Shown piece after piece: positions 1 to 12,817 of a DNA stretch of 64,000 bases. The stretch is from positions 155,992,001-156,056,000 of the forward strand of contig OX597816.1 in the NCBI GenBank assembly GCA_951406725.2, written 5' to 3'. Position numbers and translations under genes: made by a program. The notes below the pieces were generated by a model, which worked only from the letters and a program-made list of their open reading frames with translations, was not told where the DNA came from and searched no databases. The stretch comes from Octopus vulgaris. Its lineage: Eukaryota. Every line of letters starts with the position of its first letter. Position 1 is the stretch's first letter.

Positions 1-305
<305 letters not shown>

Positions 306-353
306 GGTGAATTGAAGAAATGGAGCTGAACGCAGATTGAACAGAAATCGTTT

Positions 354-446
354 TATTTCATTCTACACGTGTTTCGAAAGGCACAATTTACCAAAATCCG
401 ATTGAATAATGGGACCATATTGTGTCTTTCTCTTCAGGAAGAAATA
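354..446 (-). ncRNA. Minimal type I hammerhead ribozyme (PLE pseudo-LTR type), complete core
   Basis: Minus strand reads UAUUUC-UUC, CUGAAGA (437-431), stem II GAAAGACACAAU/AUUGUGCCUUUC (430-419/387-376, one mismatch), GAAAC (375-371), palindromic ACGU, GUA (366-364), then GAA-U-GAAAUA closing stem I. AATAAA follows and the element runs into (TA)n. Confidence 0.85.
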
Positions 447-971
447 GGAAATCCGTTGGAAAAAACAAAAACAGAACAGAGGCGGAGCAAAACAAATCGA
501 ACTAGGCTCCTAAGAGCCCATGGCAAAACTGTTTATCAGTGTATGTTGAGAACCGGTGGCTGAAGAATTTATCGGGTCAGGCATCGGTCAATCATGTGGG
601 TGGGGGTGTGTAGATGTTCTTTGTGACCGAGAATAAAGTTCTGACTATTTAAGGAATATTGGATGTTTTATAAGGGGCGAGAAAAAAAATCTACTTAGAG
701 ACGTGTGTGTGTATACTGTTCTATATATGTGTGTGCTGGCGTTGGGGTAGAAAACATTTTTTGTGTACGTGTGTGCGTTTGATCGTTCGGCTGTCAGTGG
801 CTACTGCAGTAAGAACCGTTGGGTGGCAGAAAAAAAAAATATTATGTTTTATGTGTGTGTGTGTTCATCTAAGCCTGCTTTGTCAGGTAACCCCCCGTTA
901 TATATATATATGTATATATGTATGTATTATAAACGCAAGTATAGAAAGCGACATAGACAAATAGATAGATG

Positions 972-1013
<42 letters not shown>

Positions 1014-1230
1014 GTAGCAGGTTTATATCAGTTTTCGTCTACCAAATCCATCAACAAGGCTTTGCTCGGCCCGAGGTTATATTAGATGACTTTTGTCCAA
1101 CGTTCCATGCGGTGGGACTGAACCAGGATCCCTGTGGTTAGGAAGCGAACTTCTTACGACAGGGCTACACTTTTGCCTACATACATACATACATACATAC
1201 ATACATACATACATACATACATACATACAT

Positions 1231-1460
1231 ACAAAATTACCTTGTTGTTGATGTTGAAATTCAAATGGTGGAACCTTGGATCTAGGTTAGGAACCATTTG
1301 TTTCTCTATTGGCAAGCAATCTTGAAATAAATTGAATAATGACATACAAATATACCCTGTTGTTGATGTCGAAATATCAATGAAAGATCCTTGGATGTTG
1401 GTTAGAAATTGGTTCTTTCTCTATTGTCAAGAAATAAACTGAATAATGTCATACATACAT
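1231..1460. repeat. Tandem duplication of a ~115-bp unit next to (ACAT)n
   Basis: Two diverged copies of 'ccttgttgttgatgttgaaat...ccttgga...tctctattggcaag...gaataatgacatac'. Confidence 0.8.
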
Positions 1461-2748
1461 AATTCGTATATGATTAAGTGATACAAGACAGGAGAATATA
1501 ATATAGATTATGTATATGCATCTTATTTACATGTTTCGGAACCAGATACAGAATGATTACATAACTTAAACATTTAGCAACCCCGCAGAAGTCAGTTGTA
1601 GGTTTTTGTAAAAATGAAGGCTTGCGTTTACTGATAACTACATATAATAGTCGGGAAGTGAAAAGGAAATCGCAATCAACTTCTCGCTTAAGTGTAAAGG
1701 GGCTGTATATATCTTTATCTTTTATGTTGTACTTGTTTGTCATTCGACTGCGGCCATTCTGTAGCACCAACTTGAAGGGTTTTAATCGAAGAAATCAAGC
1801 CCAAGGTTTATTTGTTTTCAAGCTTAGTACTAATTCTGTGTTTTTTTCTGTCGAGTAGCTAGGTTACAGGGACAGGCATTCCGTCAGATTACATATCAAA
1901 GTCACTGATGTAGAACCAGATGACTCTAGATAAATGACAGATATGATAGGTTCATATGCATATGTCAGTAATCAAAGAAATCTCTTTCTCTCTCTCTCTC
2001 TCTATTTATATAAATGTATATGTGTATGAGTGTTTGCGTTTGTGTGTGTATGTATACATATATGTGTAAATATATATATGCATATACATACACACGTAAT
2101 CTGCTTCAAAATGATAGTATGGTAACTACTAAACTTAGAAATATTACTGGATATGACAAATTCTTACCTGATTTTCTTTCGCCATTCTCTTTCTCTCTCT
2201 CTCTCTCTTACTTTCTTCTCTTAATCTCTCCTCCTTTTTACCACTTCTTTCATCTTTAGCTACACCTCTGTCTTTATCGCACACCTGTTTTTCTTTATTC
2301 ACACTCCTTTATCTTCCTCGGCATCTCGTTTTTGTTTTTTTTCTCCCTGTTTCTCTCAACCTTTTGCTATCTATTTTCCCGCCTCTGAACATCCTTGTAA
2401 AATGTCTTGCCAGCTGGCTAACTTTAGGCGTTTAAACAAGTGTGCCTTTGATGATTTTTTATTGTTAAGCATACAATTGATTTGCAACATCCACTGTAGA
2501 GGTTACAAATAACCACAGCAGTGAAAGATACATACGGAACACATGGTGTGAATTTATGTCAACCATACTTTCTCCGACCAACGCCCACACCACACTCACA
2601 CATACACATAGAAGTCACACCCGTTCTGCTCACACACGAGGTTGATTTCAGACGAGGAAGAGGCCATCACGTATTTTTGATTGTCTGAAACTGTCTCAGT
2701 CTCTGTCTGTACTATATATGCATGTTTATATGTCTGTATTTGTATATA

Positions 2749-2981
2749 TATTTCTTTACTACCCACAGGGGGCTAAACACAGAGGGGACAAACAAGGACA
2801 GACAAACGGATTAAGTTGCTTATATCAACCCCAGTGCGTAACTGGTACTTAATTTATCGACCCCGAAAGGATGAAAGACAAAGTCGACCTCGGCGGAATT
2901 TGAACTCAGAACGTAACGGCAGACGAAATACGGCTACGCATTTCGTCCAGCATGCTAACGTTTCAGTCAGCTCCCCGCCTT
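2749..2981 (-). mobile_element. tRNA-derived SINE, family A
   Basis: Head on - with A-box-like GAGCTG...GTTAG and B-box GAGTTCAAATTCC. Body GTCGACTTTG.CTTTCATCCTTTCGGGGTCGATAAATTAAGTACCAG is repeated many times in the window. Confidence 0.9.
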
Positions 2982-3719
2982 TGTATATAATATAATGTGT
3001 TTTGTATATAATATATATATATATATATCACCTAATATAAAATAACATGTATGTATATATGCACACGCACGTATATGTATGTATTTACGTACGTACGTAT
3101 ATATGTATCTATGTATGTATGTATATATGTACGTACGTACGTAGTATGTATGTTTGTATGTATGTTTGTATGTATGTATGTAAATGTATAAGTACCGACA
3201 CTTACATTTCATATATACATTATCAAAAGGTTATAAAATAAGATTGACGTAAAAAGATATACATAATAGATTCATTGTATTACGGGTGGATTACAGTTCG
3301 TAAATCGGATTATATATTTCAAACATATGAAAACGAATTTTCGAAACCTTCAACCTCAATGATTCTTAAAAATCTTGCCACTAATAGTGCAAATATAAAG
3401 AACGACTCCTCGAGGATATAAATTTAATAAGCTTGATAAACCACTGATGGGATTAACTGAATTATTTCTGAATAGTTGCTTCGATTCCAACACAGAACTT
3501 TAAGTGCTAAGCATTTGATGAAGGCCTCATTTTATTCATTGTTTATTCAGAAAAGTAGATATAGAAATAAATAAATATATTGAATATCTAAAACGGTAGC
3601 TTGATTTCTTATGATTTTGTCGAAACCACAATATACTAGACGGGAGTGTGAAGTGAATAGGCTTCTCTGGACTATATGTAACTACATGTAACTATGGACT
3701 ATATGTAACTACACACGTG

Positions 3720-3858
3720 CTGTTGGTGAATTTTTTCCTTCTTGGACATTAGCCTTGTTTCCTTTCCGACGAAGAGCAAAGCTCGAAACGTAAGAAAAGA
3801 TCTCCCTTTTTACTGAGCGCCAAACTAATACATTCCTTGTGCACGTCCTCTTGTTGTT
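3720..3858 (+). mobile_element. PLE pseudo-LTR-like fragment with a variant hammerhead core
   Basis: CCGACGAA-GAGC-aaa-GCTC-GAAAC-GTA at ~3766-3792. A related motif and downstream sequence occur at 49470-49570. Confidence 0.5.
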
Positions 3859-3860
3859 TG

Positions 3861-4197
3861 TTACCTCCGCCTTAGCGAAAGCGGAGGTATTGTTTTCAGT
3901 CGTGCTTGTTTGACCGTGGACACGATATCTCAAAAACCACTGGTTGGATTCGGATGACACTTTCAGGGATATTTGGCCTCGTAACGTTTACGAATTGATT
4001 AGATTTTGAGATTGATCCGGTACAGGACAAGGATTCTGAATTTTTGAGAGCAGTCGGGATCATTTTTAGTATTCTCGTTTGTGAGAGTAGTCGAGTTTAT
4101 TTAAGATATTTTCATTTTAAAAATCATCTCTGGCTAATCATTGAGAAGACGTTAGTGTTACCTTGGCGGAAGTTTGTGCTTTCCCAGTGCTCTCGTT
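3861..4197 (+). mobile_element. Non-autonomous Helentron-type (HINE/DINE-1-like) element
   Basis: 5' TTACCTCCGCC...GCGGAGGT hairpin, subterminal inverted copy CCTTGGCGGAAG (4161-4172), short imperfect 3' hairpin, TT flanks and no TSD. A 5' fragment of the same family lies at 60481-60570 on -. Confidence 0.7.
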
Positions 4198-4238
4198 ATT
4201 GTTAACTTTATTGCTCGTTTATTTGATTTGACAATATA

Positions 4239-4269
<31 letters not shown>

Positions 4270-5229
4270 ATGTATAGATACACATATATACATAGGTTAC
4301 ATACACACATATACGTATATATAAGTATGCAATGTATACATATATAAAGATATATATATATGTATATATAAATACATACATACATATATATATATATATA
4401 CATATAATTAGAGAGAGAGAGAGAGAGAGAGAGAGTGAAAGTGAGGAAGTGCAAGAAAACAGAGAGGAAATCAACCCTGTAATTGCTCGCTACTTTATCT
4501 ATTGACCCCGGTATAGTGAGAGACAGTTATCATTTGGTGAGATTTGAACTGAGTGCAAACACGAACAGCAAATAACCCACATGATTCATTTTAACATTCT
4601 AACGACTCCGCTAACTCATAACACCGACGCTGGAGATATGTTTAAGCATATACATATATGCATTTATGCGTCGGTTTATACATGGAAGAATCTTCCTTTG
4701 CTCTGTACCCTATTTTCTATATGTTACTGGCTTCTGTTATTAGTCATCAGTCATGCTGGGGCAACACCTTGAAAAACTTTAGTGGAACGAATCGACTCCC
4801 ATAGTTAGTTTCCATGTTTTTTTTAAGCCTGGTACTTATTCTATTCGTGTCTTTTGTCGAACTGCCAAGTTACGGGCACGTAAACACACCAACACCGGTT
4901 GTCAAGAGATCTGAGACAAAATGGGTAATGAGTGTACAGATTCCTCGCAGAATCTGTAGGCCCTATTTTATTGAAAATCTTGGGTTGATCCGAAGCTATA
5001 GTAGATAAACTTGTCCGACGAAAGCAAGCGCAGAACTGCATGACTGAGAAAGCAGTTTTAGACGCATGTATATGTACATATATTTATACATACATGCATA
5101 CAAATACATACAAATTTATTTATGCTCCGAATTCAATCGATTAGATTCCCCATCCCCCGTATATATATGACGAGTAATCGGACATACACTTGTACTAAAT
5201 ATTTATTCACAAGCATTACATGGATACAG

Positions 5230-5315
<86 letters not shown>

Positions 5316-5614
5316 TCACTTAAATATGCAAAAATCACTCTAATTATCTTGACCGGTTTCCGTTCTGTAAAAAGGAATTGAAATAAATCTCAAAGAAATA
5401 TGCTTGCATAAATACATAATACTATATACATTGATCTAAATCACTGCCCATTTAACACCGTATTCTGTTCGTCCACACTTTCGTTCTAAACATTTTCTGG
5501 CAAGGTGTTATTTGCATCAATCTCAGTAGTTTAAGGCTGCCCGCGAAAGTGATGGGCACTGAACCATCTTTCTCCTTTGATTAACTTAGAAAAATGAAAG
5601 AACGGACAAACGTA

Positions 5615-6033
5615 GGAGTAGCAGTAGCTGTGTGGTAAGTAGCTTGCTTACGAACAACATGGCTCAGGGTTCAGTCCCACTGCGTGGCACCTTAGGCAAG
5701 TGTCTTCTACTATAGCCTCAGGCCGACCAAATCTTTGTGAGTGGATTTAGTAGACGGAAACTGAAAGAAGCCCGTCGTCTATATGTATATATGTGTATGT
5801 ATGTATGTGTGGGTATATGTTTGTGTGTCTGTGTTTATCCCCCCAACATCCTTTGACAACTGATGCTGGTGTGTTTACGTTAACTTAGCGGTTCGGCAAA
5901 AGAGACCATTAGAATAAGTACTAGGCTTACAAAGAAAAGTCCTGGGGCCGATTTGCTCGACTAAAGGCGGTGCTCCAGCATGGCCACAGTAACATGACTG
6001 AAACAAGTAAAAGAGTAAAAAGAGTAAAGAGTA
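5615..6033 (+). mobile_element. tRNA-derived SINE, family B (CORE-like segment, internal microsatellite)
   Basis: Head TGTGTGGTAAG...GGTTCAGTCCC, then GGCACCTT.GGCAAGTGTCTTC, an internal (TA)/(TG) tract, a conserved 3' half and a (GAGTAAA)n tail. Confidence 0.9.
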
Positions 6034-8098
6034 AACAAAAAACCAAAAACAAAGCAAAATAAAAAGTAACAAAAATCCAAAACACGCATAAACATTGCAC
6101 TGATATGTTTTCAGTTACATGCAGCAGAAACCATTACAACAGGTATGCAGAAGCCAGACTAATTGGCGTCCCCCAGTGGAGTGTATTGTAATCTCTTGAA
6201 TGTCACTGCAACCTCCATGTTCTTAACTACCCAAAGAAGATCAGAAAAATCTGAAATGGATCGAGATGATTGAGTTAAAAAAAAAAGAGACTGTAGAGGA
6301 TTCTAGCTGATAGAGAAAGCCGCCTCTGATAGCGATTATATCAGCAGAATATACAAGAGTGAAATGCATTTTTTCTTTCTCGTAACATTGCAGATATTTC
6401 ATTTTACTACTATCACAAAATTCGATTCTCATACAGCGATGCCAGTTAATTCTATTTGAAGACACATATGTCGTGTTCCATAGAAACTTATTGTTATGGT
6501 TTGCTTCTTGTTGCAGACTAAAATCATGCGATAAAACAACGATGAAGAGAAATTCAACATTTACTATGAAGGCAACCTAGTTTTATCTATAAATGTTGCC
6601 AAAAACATCATTTCGAATCGATCCACATCATTTACCTAACACTAAAATCATATCAACTTTTATAGAAAACTAATTCCGTACGAATGTTTAGTCCCAAGTT
6701 CTACTTTATTGTAAGAGATACACTGAAAATTTCCACTTCACATAGCATATCAACCACATCATCTCCGCCCCCTTTTCTCTCGTTCTTCTGTGTTAGAAGA
6801 TAAAGAATACTTTAAGTGCTGTCGTTGTTTGCAGCGTTAAGTGGTTTTACTTTCAGGTGCACTTTTACAATTACTAAAATGTGCGGTTTGAGGACTAAGG
6901 ATATTGGCTTCGTACGCAATATTGTACAAGCATCAAGATGCCCACCACTAATCATGATGATGATAGATAATCGAGTCATTTAATTGTACTATTGCTGGAA
7001 GGAAAACTATATGTTACTCATGACGCATCTCCATCCAGCACCGATAGTCTCCATCGCAACCTCAAGAGAATCTCCTTATCAAATTCATAAGCTCTATTTT
7101 AATGAACATTTAGCCTTTGACTTTCGGAGTCTTCATTCAAAAAGTCCGAACTTTTCTGGAAAAGTTTGAGAAAATAAGCAAAAAGAACATAATCACGTGA
7201 CTGTAAAACGTTTTAGACGTAAAACAATGTGATAGTTATTTTAGTAATTGTGGATTAGCAAAATCGTTGAACCCTCGGGAATTTGCCTTGCAGTATTTTG
7301 TGATATCGTTTTATGTTCATAGATCAAATCCCACAGGTGCCAAATTTTGTATTTCCTGTTTCCCATTATAACCGTTCACGAAAACTTACTTGTCAACATT
7401 TATTAATGTAGGCACGTGGTATTTCGTTATGCAACCATATTATACTACAAAGTATGTTAAATGTTTTTATGAGTCAACAACACGTTTCTACTGTGTTAGC
7501 AGTGTTCTTTACATTATTTTGTTAAGGTCATTTTTACAGAAATTATAGCCAGCACTGATTCTTTTGGTACAGCATTTCGTATTGAGATGTCAGATGTAAA
7601 TAAACAATGAGCTCGGAGACTAAAATGAGTAATGAGTGTATATGCCATATTTCGAGGGTCTTTTCCCCCTTCATCAACACCCACCTAACCCACCCTTCCC
7701 CCCGAACACATTGCTTATATAACTGCCCAATAACTTATCACGCTGTATGAAGTGGCTATATAAATAATTGCTAATTTAATCCAGAATATCCCGCCTTACC
7801 AAGAAAGTGGGACTTCTTTTGTCAATGCCAGGAATCAATATTGACTTTTAAACAGCATTTATTTGCGTAAAAAAAATATTGTATATTATTTTGATTCCTA
7901 GTCACGCCTGTTTCAGCAGGACGAAATATCAAAGATGTTGCAAGTATAACCATTTCATCTTTTCTACACGATAAGAATATGCAGCACCCTTTTCTTAAGA
8001 CGCACGATAAGAATATGCAGCGCCCTTTTCTTAGTATACCATCTCAAAGAAAATTTTAACTGACTTTTCTCTCTGACAATGACAGTGAATTGGCAGAA

Positions 8099-8515
8099 TA
8101 CGAGGGTCAGCTGAAAGGTTCATAGGCTTTCTAAGGTTCTCTTATGGAATGTTACCAAACGAGGTTTGTTTTTCAATATGATACCCCTTGCGTTCCACAC
8201 ACTTCTTCTATCGGTGTTGTAGTGCTTGGATCCTATTGGTGCAGAAGGTTTCATAAAGTTGATAAAAAAGTCACCAGCTCCAGATGTAACGTCATTATCA
8301 CTGCAATACTGCATCCTAGCCAAGAGTTGTTGTTTTTTCATTTTGGGGAACAGGTAGTTAGTTGGGGCCAAATCAGCAGAAGAGGGAGGAGATCAATGAG
8401 CTCAAATCCAAAGTCATGTACAAAAAGCCATTCAAGCCAAGTACGTATGTGCTGGACCATTGTCTTGATGAGACAACCCATATCGCCAGTTTTCCTGGGC
8501 GTTTGACTTTGACAG
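8099..8515 (-). mobile_element. Mariner transposon remnant (transposase C-terminus plus TIR)
   Basis: Minus-strand frames give LAPTNYLFPKMKK...SDNDV...DFF and IQALQHR*KKCVERKG, matching the mariner SPDLAPSDY-LF C-terminal region. TA-CGAGGG terminus at 8099. Frameshifted. Confidence 0.85.
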
Positions 8516-8519
8516 CCTG

Positions 8520-9313
8520 CTTGAAGGCTCGGATTTCCTTTTCAAACAAGGACAGAGGTTCACAATTAAAACTAGCTTCACTTGTGCCTCTGAGAACCTA
8601 ATTTATTTAATAACCTGCTCGGGTTGCGTTCACAACTATATTGGACAAACGAGTATGACTTTGAGAAAGAGAACCACTCTACATAAAGAGCAAATCCGTT
8701 TCCCGCAATAAAGACAAATTCCTCTCATTGAACATATAGAAAAATGTGCAGATAACATCAAACCAAATTTCACAGTCCTCCCTTTCTACCAGTGCTAAGA
8801 CACAATCTAGAAAGTTTAAATAAAGGAACTTTTTACATTGAAAAATACAAACACGTCTTAATATGCACGCATAACCAACTTTTATCTTTTTACATATTCC
8901 AATTCATGCTTACATCACTGTACATAAATTCCCTCACTAAACAAGGTTTTTGAAATTTGTCTCTGTCTGTACACATATATATTCCCCTCTCATTACCGAA
9001 AGCTGAACAGTTATCTCCCTTACCCACAACAATAACAATAATAACGACAACCAATTACCTCCCTTTATTTATCTACTTGTGAAGTCATTCACTCGTGAAT
9101 GTCATCACACTCAACATGGACCAAATTTCTGAAGAAAAAATATATATTCAAATAAGTAAAACATAATATCACGAATAGCGATAGCGAAACCGGTCGATAT
9201 ATTAAAAATTATGTTAAAACTATGTAAGTGTGCGTATTTCCTTTTTTTAATTTCTTACATACATTACAACTCACCACGTGGGGATAATCGAAATTCCTCT
9301 TTTCTGCTACTAC

Positions 9314-9320
<7 letters not shown>
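8520..9320 (+). mobile_element. Penelope-like retroelement remnant (GIY-YIG endonuclease plus pLTR)
   Basis: Reads FKQGQRFTIKTSFTCASENLIYLITCSGCVHNYIGQTSMTLRKRTTLHKEQIRFPQ*RQIPLIEHIEKC...LPFYQC*, with the LIY-CxxC-YIGQT motif. Decayed hammerhead end GAAAC-CG-GTC at ~9186. Ends in (TA)n. Confidence 0.88.
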
Positions 9321-9344
<24 letters not shown>

Positions 9345-10044
9345 ATACATATATACATGCATACATAAACGTATACAGCACAAACAAGCTCATATACACA
9401 TCACATACATATGAAAGCACGGACAGTCTAACTATTCACGTAGTCTTTTACGTTATTAAAACGTGTTTTCGGCTGCTGCTGGCGTAGGCGTGGTCGTTTA
9501 TAAAGAAGTTTCCAAGGATGGGTACGAGAAGCTTTGGTATTGTTATATTCAAGCCAAAGCCACTGTACCGATCTTTGGACACTCTTTTATTCTTATACAG
9601 GCAGTATTCATATCTCTAAAGCTTTTCAGAAGTGCTGCCTCATTTTGTTTGGTGCCAATTCATGTCACCTACATCATCTATCCAGTTTGTATATATTTAA
9701 TATTGTATGTAATTATGTATGTATGTATGTATGTATGTATGTATATATGTGTGTGTGTGTGTATGTATGTGCGTATGTATTTGAGCGTATGTATGTTTAT
9801 GTGAATATATGCATGTGTGTGTCTATGTGTGAGTGTATTTGTGTGTCTGTGTGTGCCTGTGTGTGTGCTTGTATGTGCCTGTGTGTATGTGTGTGTCGTG
9901 TCAAAATTGTGTTGATATTTAATCGACAACAGTTGAGCATGTTTATGTCTATTCTGTGACTTTCCTTTGTTTTCCAATAAATTCTTTTACGTCATTCTGT
10001 GCGGCACTTTCAGTAAATATACACACATACATATACATATACAT

Positions 10045-10123
<79 letters not shown>

Positions 10124-10192
10124 AATGTTTGTGTATACACAAATATACATACAGATAAACGCACACACATATAAGCGCACACAAACGCTTAT

Positions 10193-10231
<39 letters not shown>

Positions 10232-10235
10232 CATA

Positions 10236-10528
10236 TAATAGAAAAGAGTGAAAAAACTATAGAAGGCTTGTTTTATAAGGTTAAAGAATATTTAAGTCGT
10301 TATGTTTGAAAAATGTTATAAAATTTTGTGTATAGTAACATATTTTTGGAGAAATAACCGGTCTCCAAAAACTATGTTACTATACACAAAATTTTATAAC
10401 ATTTTTCTAACATAACGACTTAAATATATTCTTTAACCTTATAAAACAAGCCTTTTGTAGTTTTTTTCACTCTTTTCTATTTTATATACATCCAGCCACT
10501 TGGTTTCACACACCAACTTTCTTACCTA
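10236..10528. repeat. Fold-back inverted repeat (~115-bp arms) made of PLE pLTR sequence
   Basis: Arms ~10236-10352 and ~10362-10485 are near-perfect reverse complements around AATAACCGG. The same sequence occurs as a single arm at 51152-51328 at the end of a PLE. Flanked by TA/CA repeats. Confidence 0.9.
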
Positions 10529-11568
10529 TATATATATGTATACGCGTGCATTCGTAGATCAACTTAACTACAGGTAAGTGTTCATGTTGTTGACAGTGGC
10601 TAATGCAATACGTAAAAAATTACCTGAAGATTTATTTTCAAACAAGAAAGTACTTGTAAAATTACAGATATGTAAAGTTTCAAATATAAGATGTGAAAAT
10701 GGAAGGATGTTGGAATTTGATTGTCTAACATATTATCCGTACACAATTCCATAGAGCTTGAACTATACATACATACATACATACGTACGTACATACATAC
10801 ATACATACATACATACATACATACATACATGCATGCATACATACATACACACATACATACATACATACATACATACATACATACATACATACATACATAC
10901 ATACATACATAAATACATACATATATACATACTTATTCAGGTACACATATACATGCACAATACCCAAAGACACAGACAAATGTATCTATGCACATATTTA
11001 TCGTATTTATTTATGAATTGAAACTATTTGTTTTCCTATTTTACAAATTTCATTAAAAAAAACCCAGTCGCATCAATACTAAGTGGAAATGATATCGATT
11101 AATACAGAGTTGTAGACTTTAATTTAAATCGCAGCGTTCTGTTGATAGAATTTTCTAAAAAATAAATACCATTCGTAATAAACGGAAACAAACTACTGAA
11201 GAGTAAACCATCTTAATAAACATATTTGTAAAATCGAAACCAATTTGCATGCTGCCATCATTTGCAAAAATCAATACAGCAACTTCAATATTTGCTAATT
11301 TTCTGATATATATTCTCCGTTTAGTTTCAAATTTTCGAGTCGAATTTCCTCTGTTTTATGGATTACAGTATACCCTAAAAAAACTTGCTGTTGCGTATAG
11401 AAAGATAGAAAATTTGGTGGAAGCCTAATCCATGTTATTTCTTTATAACAAGTAAGATTTAACCTCAGGAATAAAGGCTATGATATTTCCTCTTTGAAGC
11501 AATAATCATGCTAGTGTAAACAACTGTGTATGTTATGTTGTAAAGCTTTGATACATACATACATACAT

Positions 11569-11653
<85 letters not shown>

Positions 11654-11765
11654 CACACACACATACACACATATATATTGATAAAAATGGTAAAACAACA
11701 ACAGAAAGAAAGAGACCTCGATATTATGTAAATAGAGGAATTTATCTGTAAATGTAATATGTGAC

Positions 11766-11943
11766 AATTATTCGGTACCCATGATAAAACTCGGAAATCC
11801 ACGCCGCCATCTCTTCACTTATCCGGCCATCGGAAAAATTAATTTTTCATAGCATTTTTCCAATGGCCGAATAACTGGAGAGATGGCGGCGTGGATTTCC
11901 ACCTCGGCATCCGAAACACGGAGTTTATCATGGCTACCGAATA

Positions 11944-11946
<3 letters not shown>
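11766..11946. repeat. GC-rich ~180-bp fold-back element (MITE-like)
   Basis: Outer arms AATTATTCGGTACCCATGATAAAACTC/GAGTTTATCATGGCTACCGAATAATT. Inner arms GGAAATCCACGCCGCCATCTC...GGAAAAAT/ATTTTTCC...GAGATGGCGGCGTGGATTTCC. Confidence 0.85.
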
Positions 11947-11994
<48 letters not shown>

Positions 11995-11997
<3 letters not shown>

Positions 11998-12319
11998 ATA
12001 AATATTAGGGAATAAATCAAAATTTACAGGAAAACCAGATTTAGGATTAAATCCAATTATATAGTAAAATATTATAAAATATTATTAGAAAAACACTATT
12101 TTGAAAACAAACAGGAAAGACTTAATCAATACATAAATTTTATAATAGTCAAACGACCAGATTTCAGGTGGACTCCAATAAGTCAAAACTGACTTATTGA
12201 AGTCCACCTGAAGATTGTCGATCAAGACAGGAAACAATTGTAGTGGCGGTTTTTTTGATATAATTTATTGATTAAGTCTTTCCTTGTTTGTTTTGCAAAA
12301 TAGTGGTTTTGTTCTAATA

Positions 12320-12330
<11 letters not shown>
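11995..12330. mobile_element. Inverted pair of PLE-type pLTR fragments inside (TA)n
   Basis: 12073-12140 pairs with 12262-12329, and 12163-12185 pairs with 12190-12212. The right arm contains the complete hammerhead, while the left arm has lost most of it. (TA)n lies on both sides. Confidence 0.8.
12204..12246 (+). ncRNA. Minimal type I hammerhead ribozyme, complete core
   Basis: Stem I CCAC (12204-07)/GTGG (12243-46), CTGAAGA (12208-14), stem II TTGTC-gatcaa-GACAG, GAAAC (12231-35), palindromic AATT, GTA with predicted cleavage after 12242. Confidence 0.88.
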
Positions 12331-12386
<56 letters not shown>

Positions 12387-12817
12387 TAACAATTGGCATA
12401 TAGAGTACATATACATAAACGCATGCATATAGATGCATGTATATTTCTCTCTGTCTGTCTGTCTCTCTCTCTCTCCACACACACACATATACATTGTAAA
12501 CCATATACGACTAAACACACACATATACACTTACACGCACACATATATGAAGAAGTGTAACGACTAAAGAACTTGGGACGGCTTTTGGGAATCTAACAGA
12601 GGGCAGCACTGGACAGATGTGGTGTTTTTACGCCTTTTTACCATAAGATAGAGTTATTTCTCCATGATAATTGCAGTGAATTTGCCATTGGAGGGTTGGG
12701 TATGTCACAAGCTTAAGCACTGCTTGCCGCTGTTACTGTTGTAATTGTTTCCGATCTGGTGGTCTAATGGTGCAACTCAGTCATTTTTGTCGACCGTGCT
12801 TCAGCATTTTTATCTCC

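Noticed and set aside
1525-1545. Half-hammerhead motifs on - (GAAAC-AT-GTA here; also ~5350, ~30645 and ~58662)
   Set aside because: No properly placed CUGANGA box or stem I, so they cannot be told apart from chance matches or heavily truncated relics.
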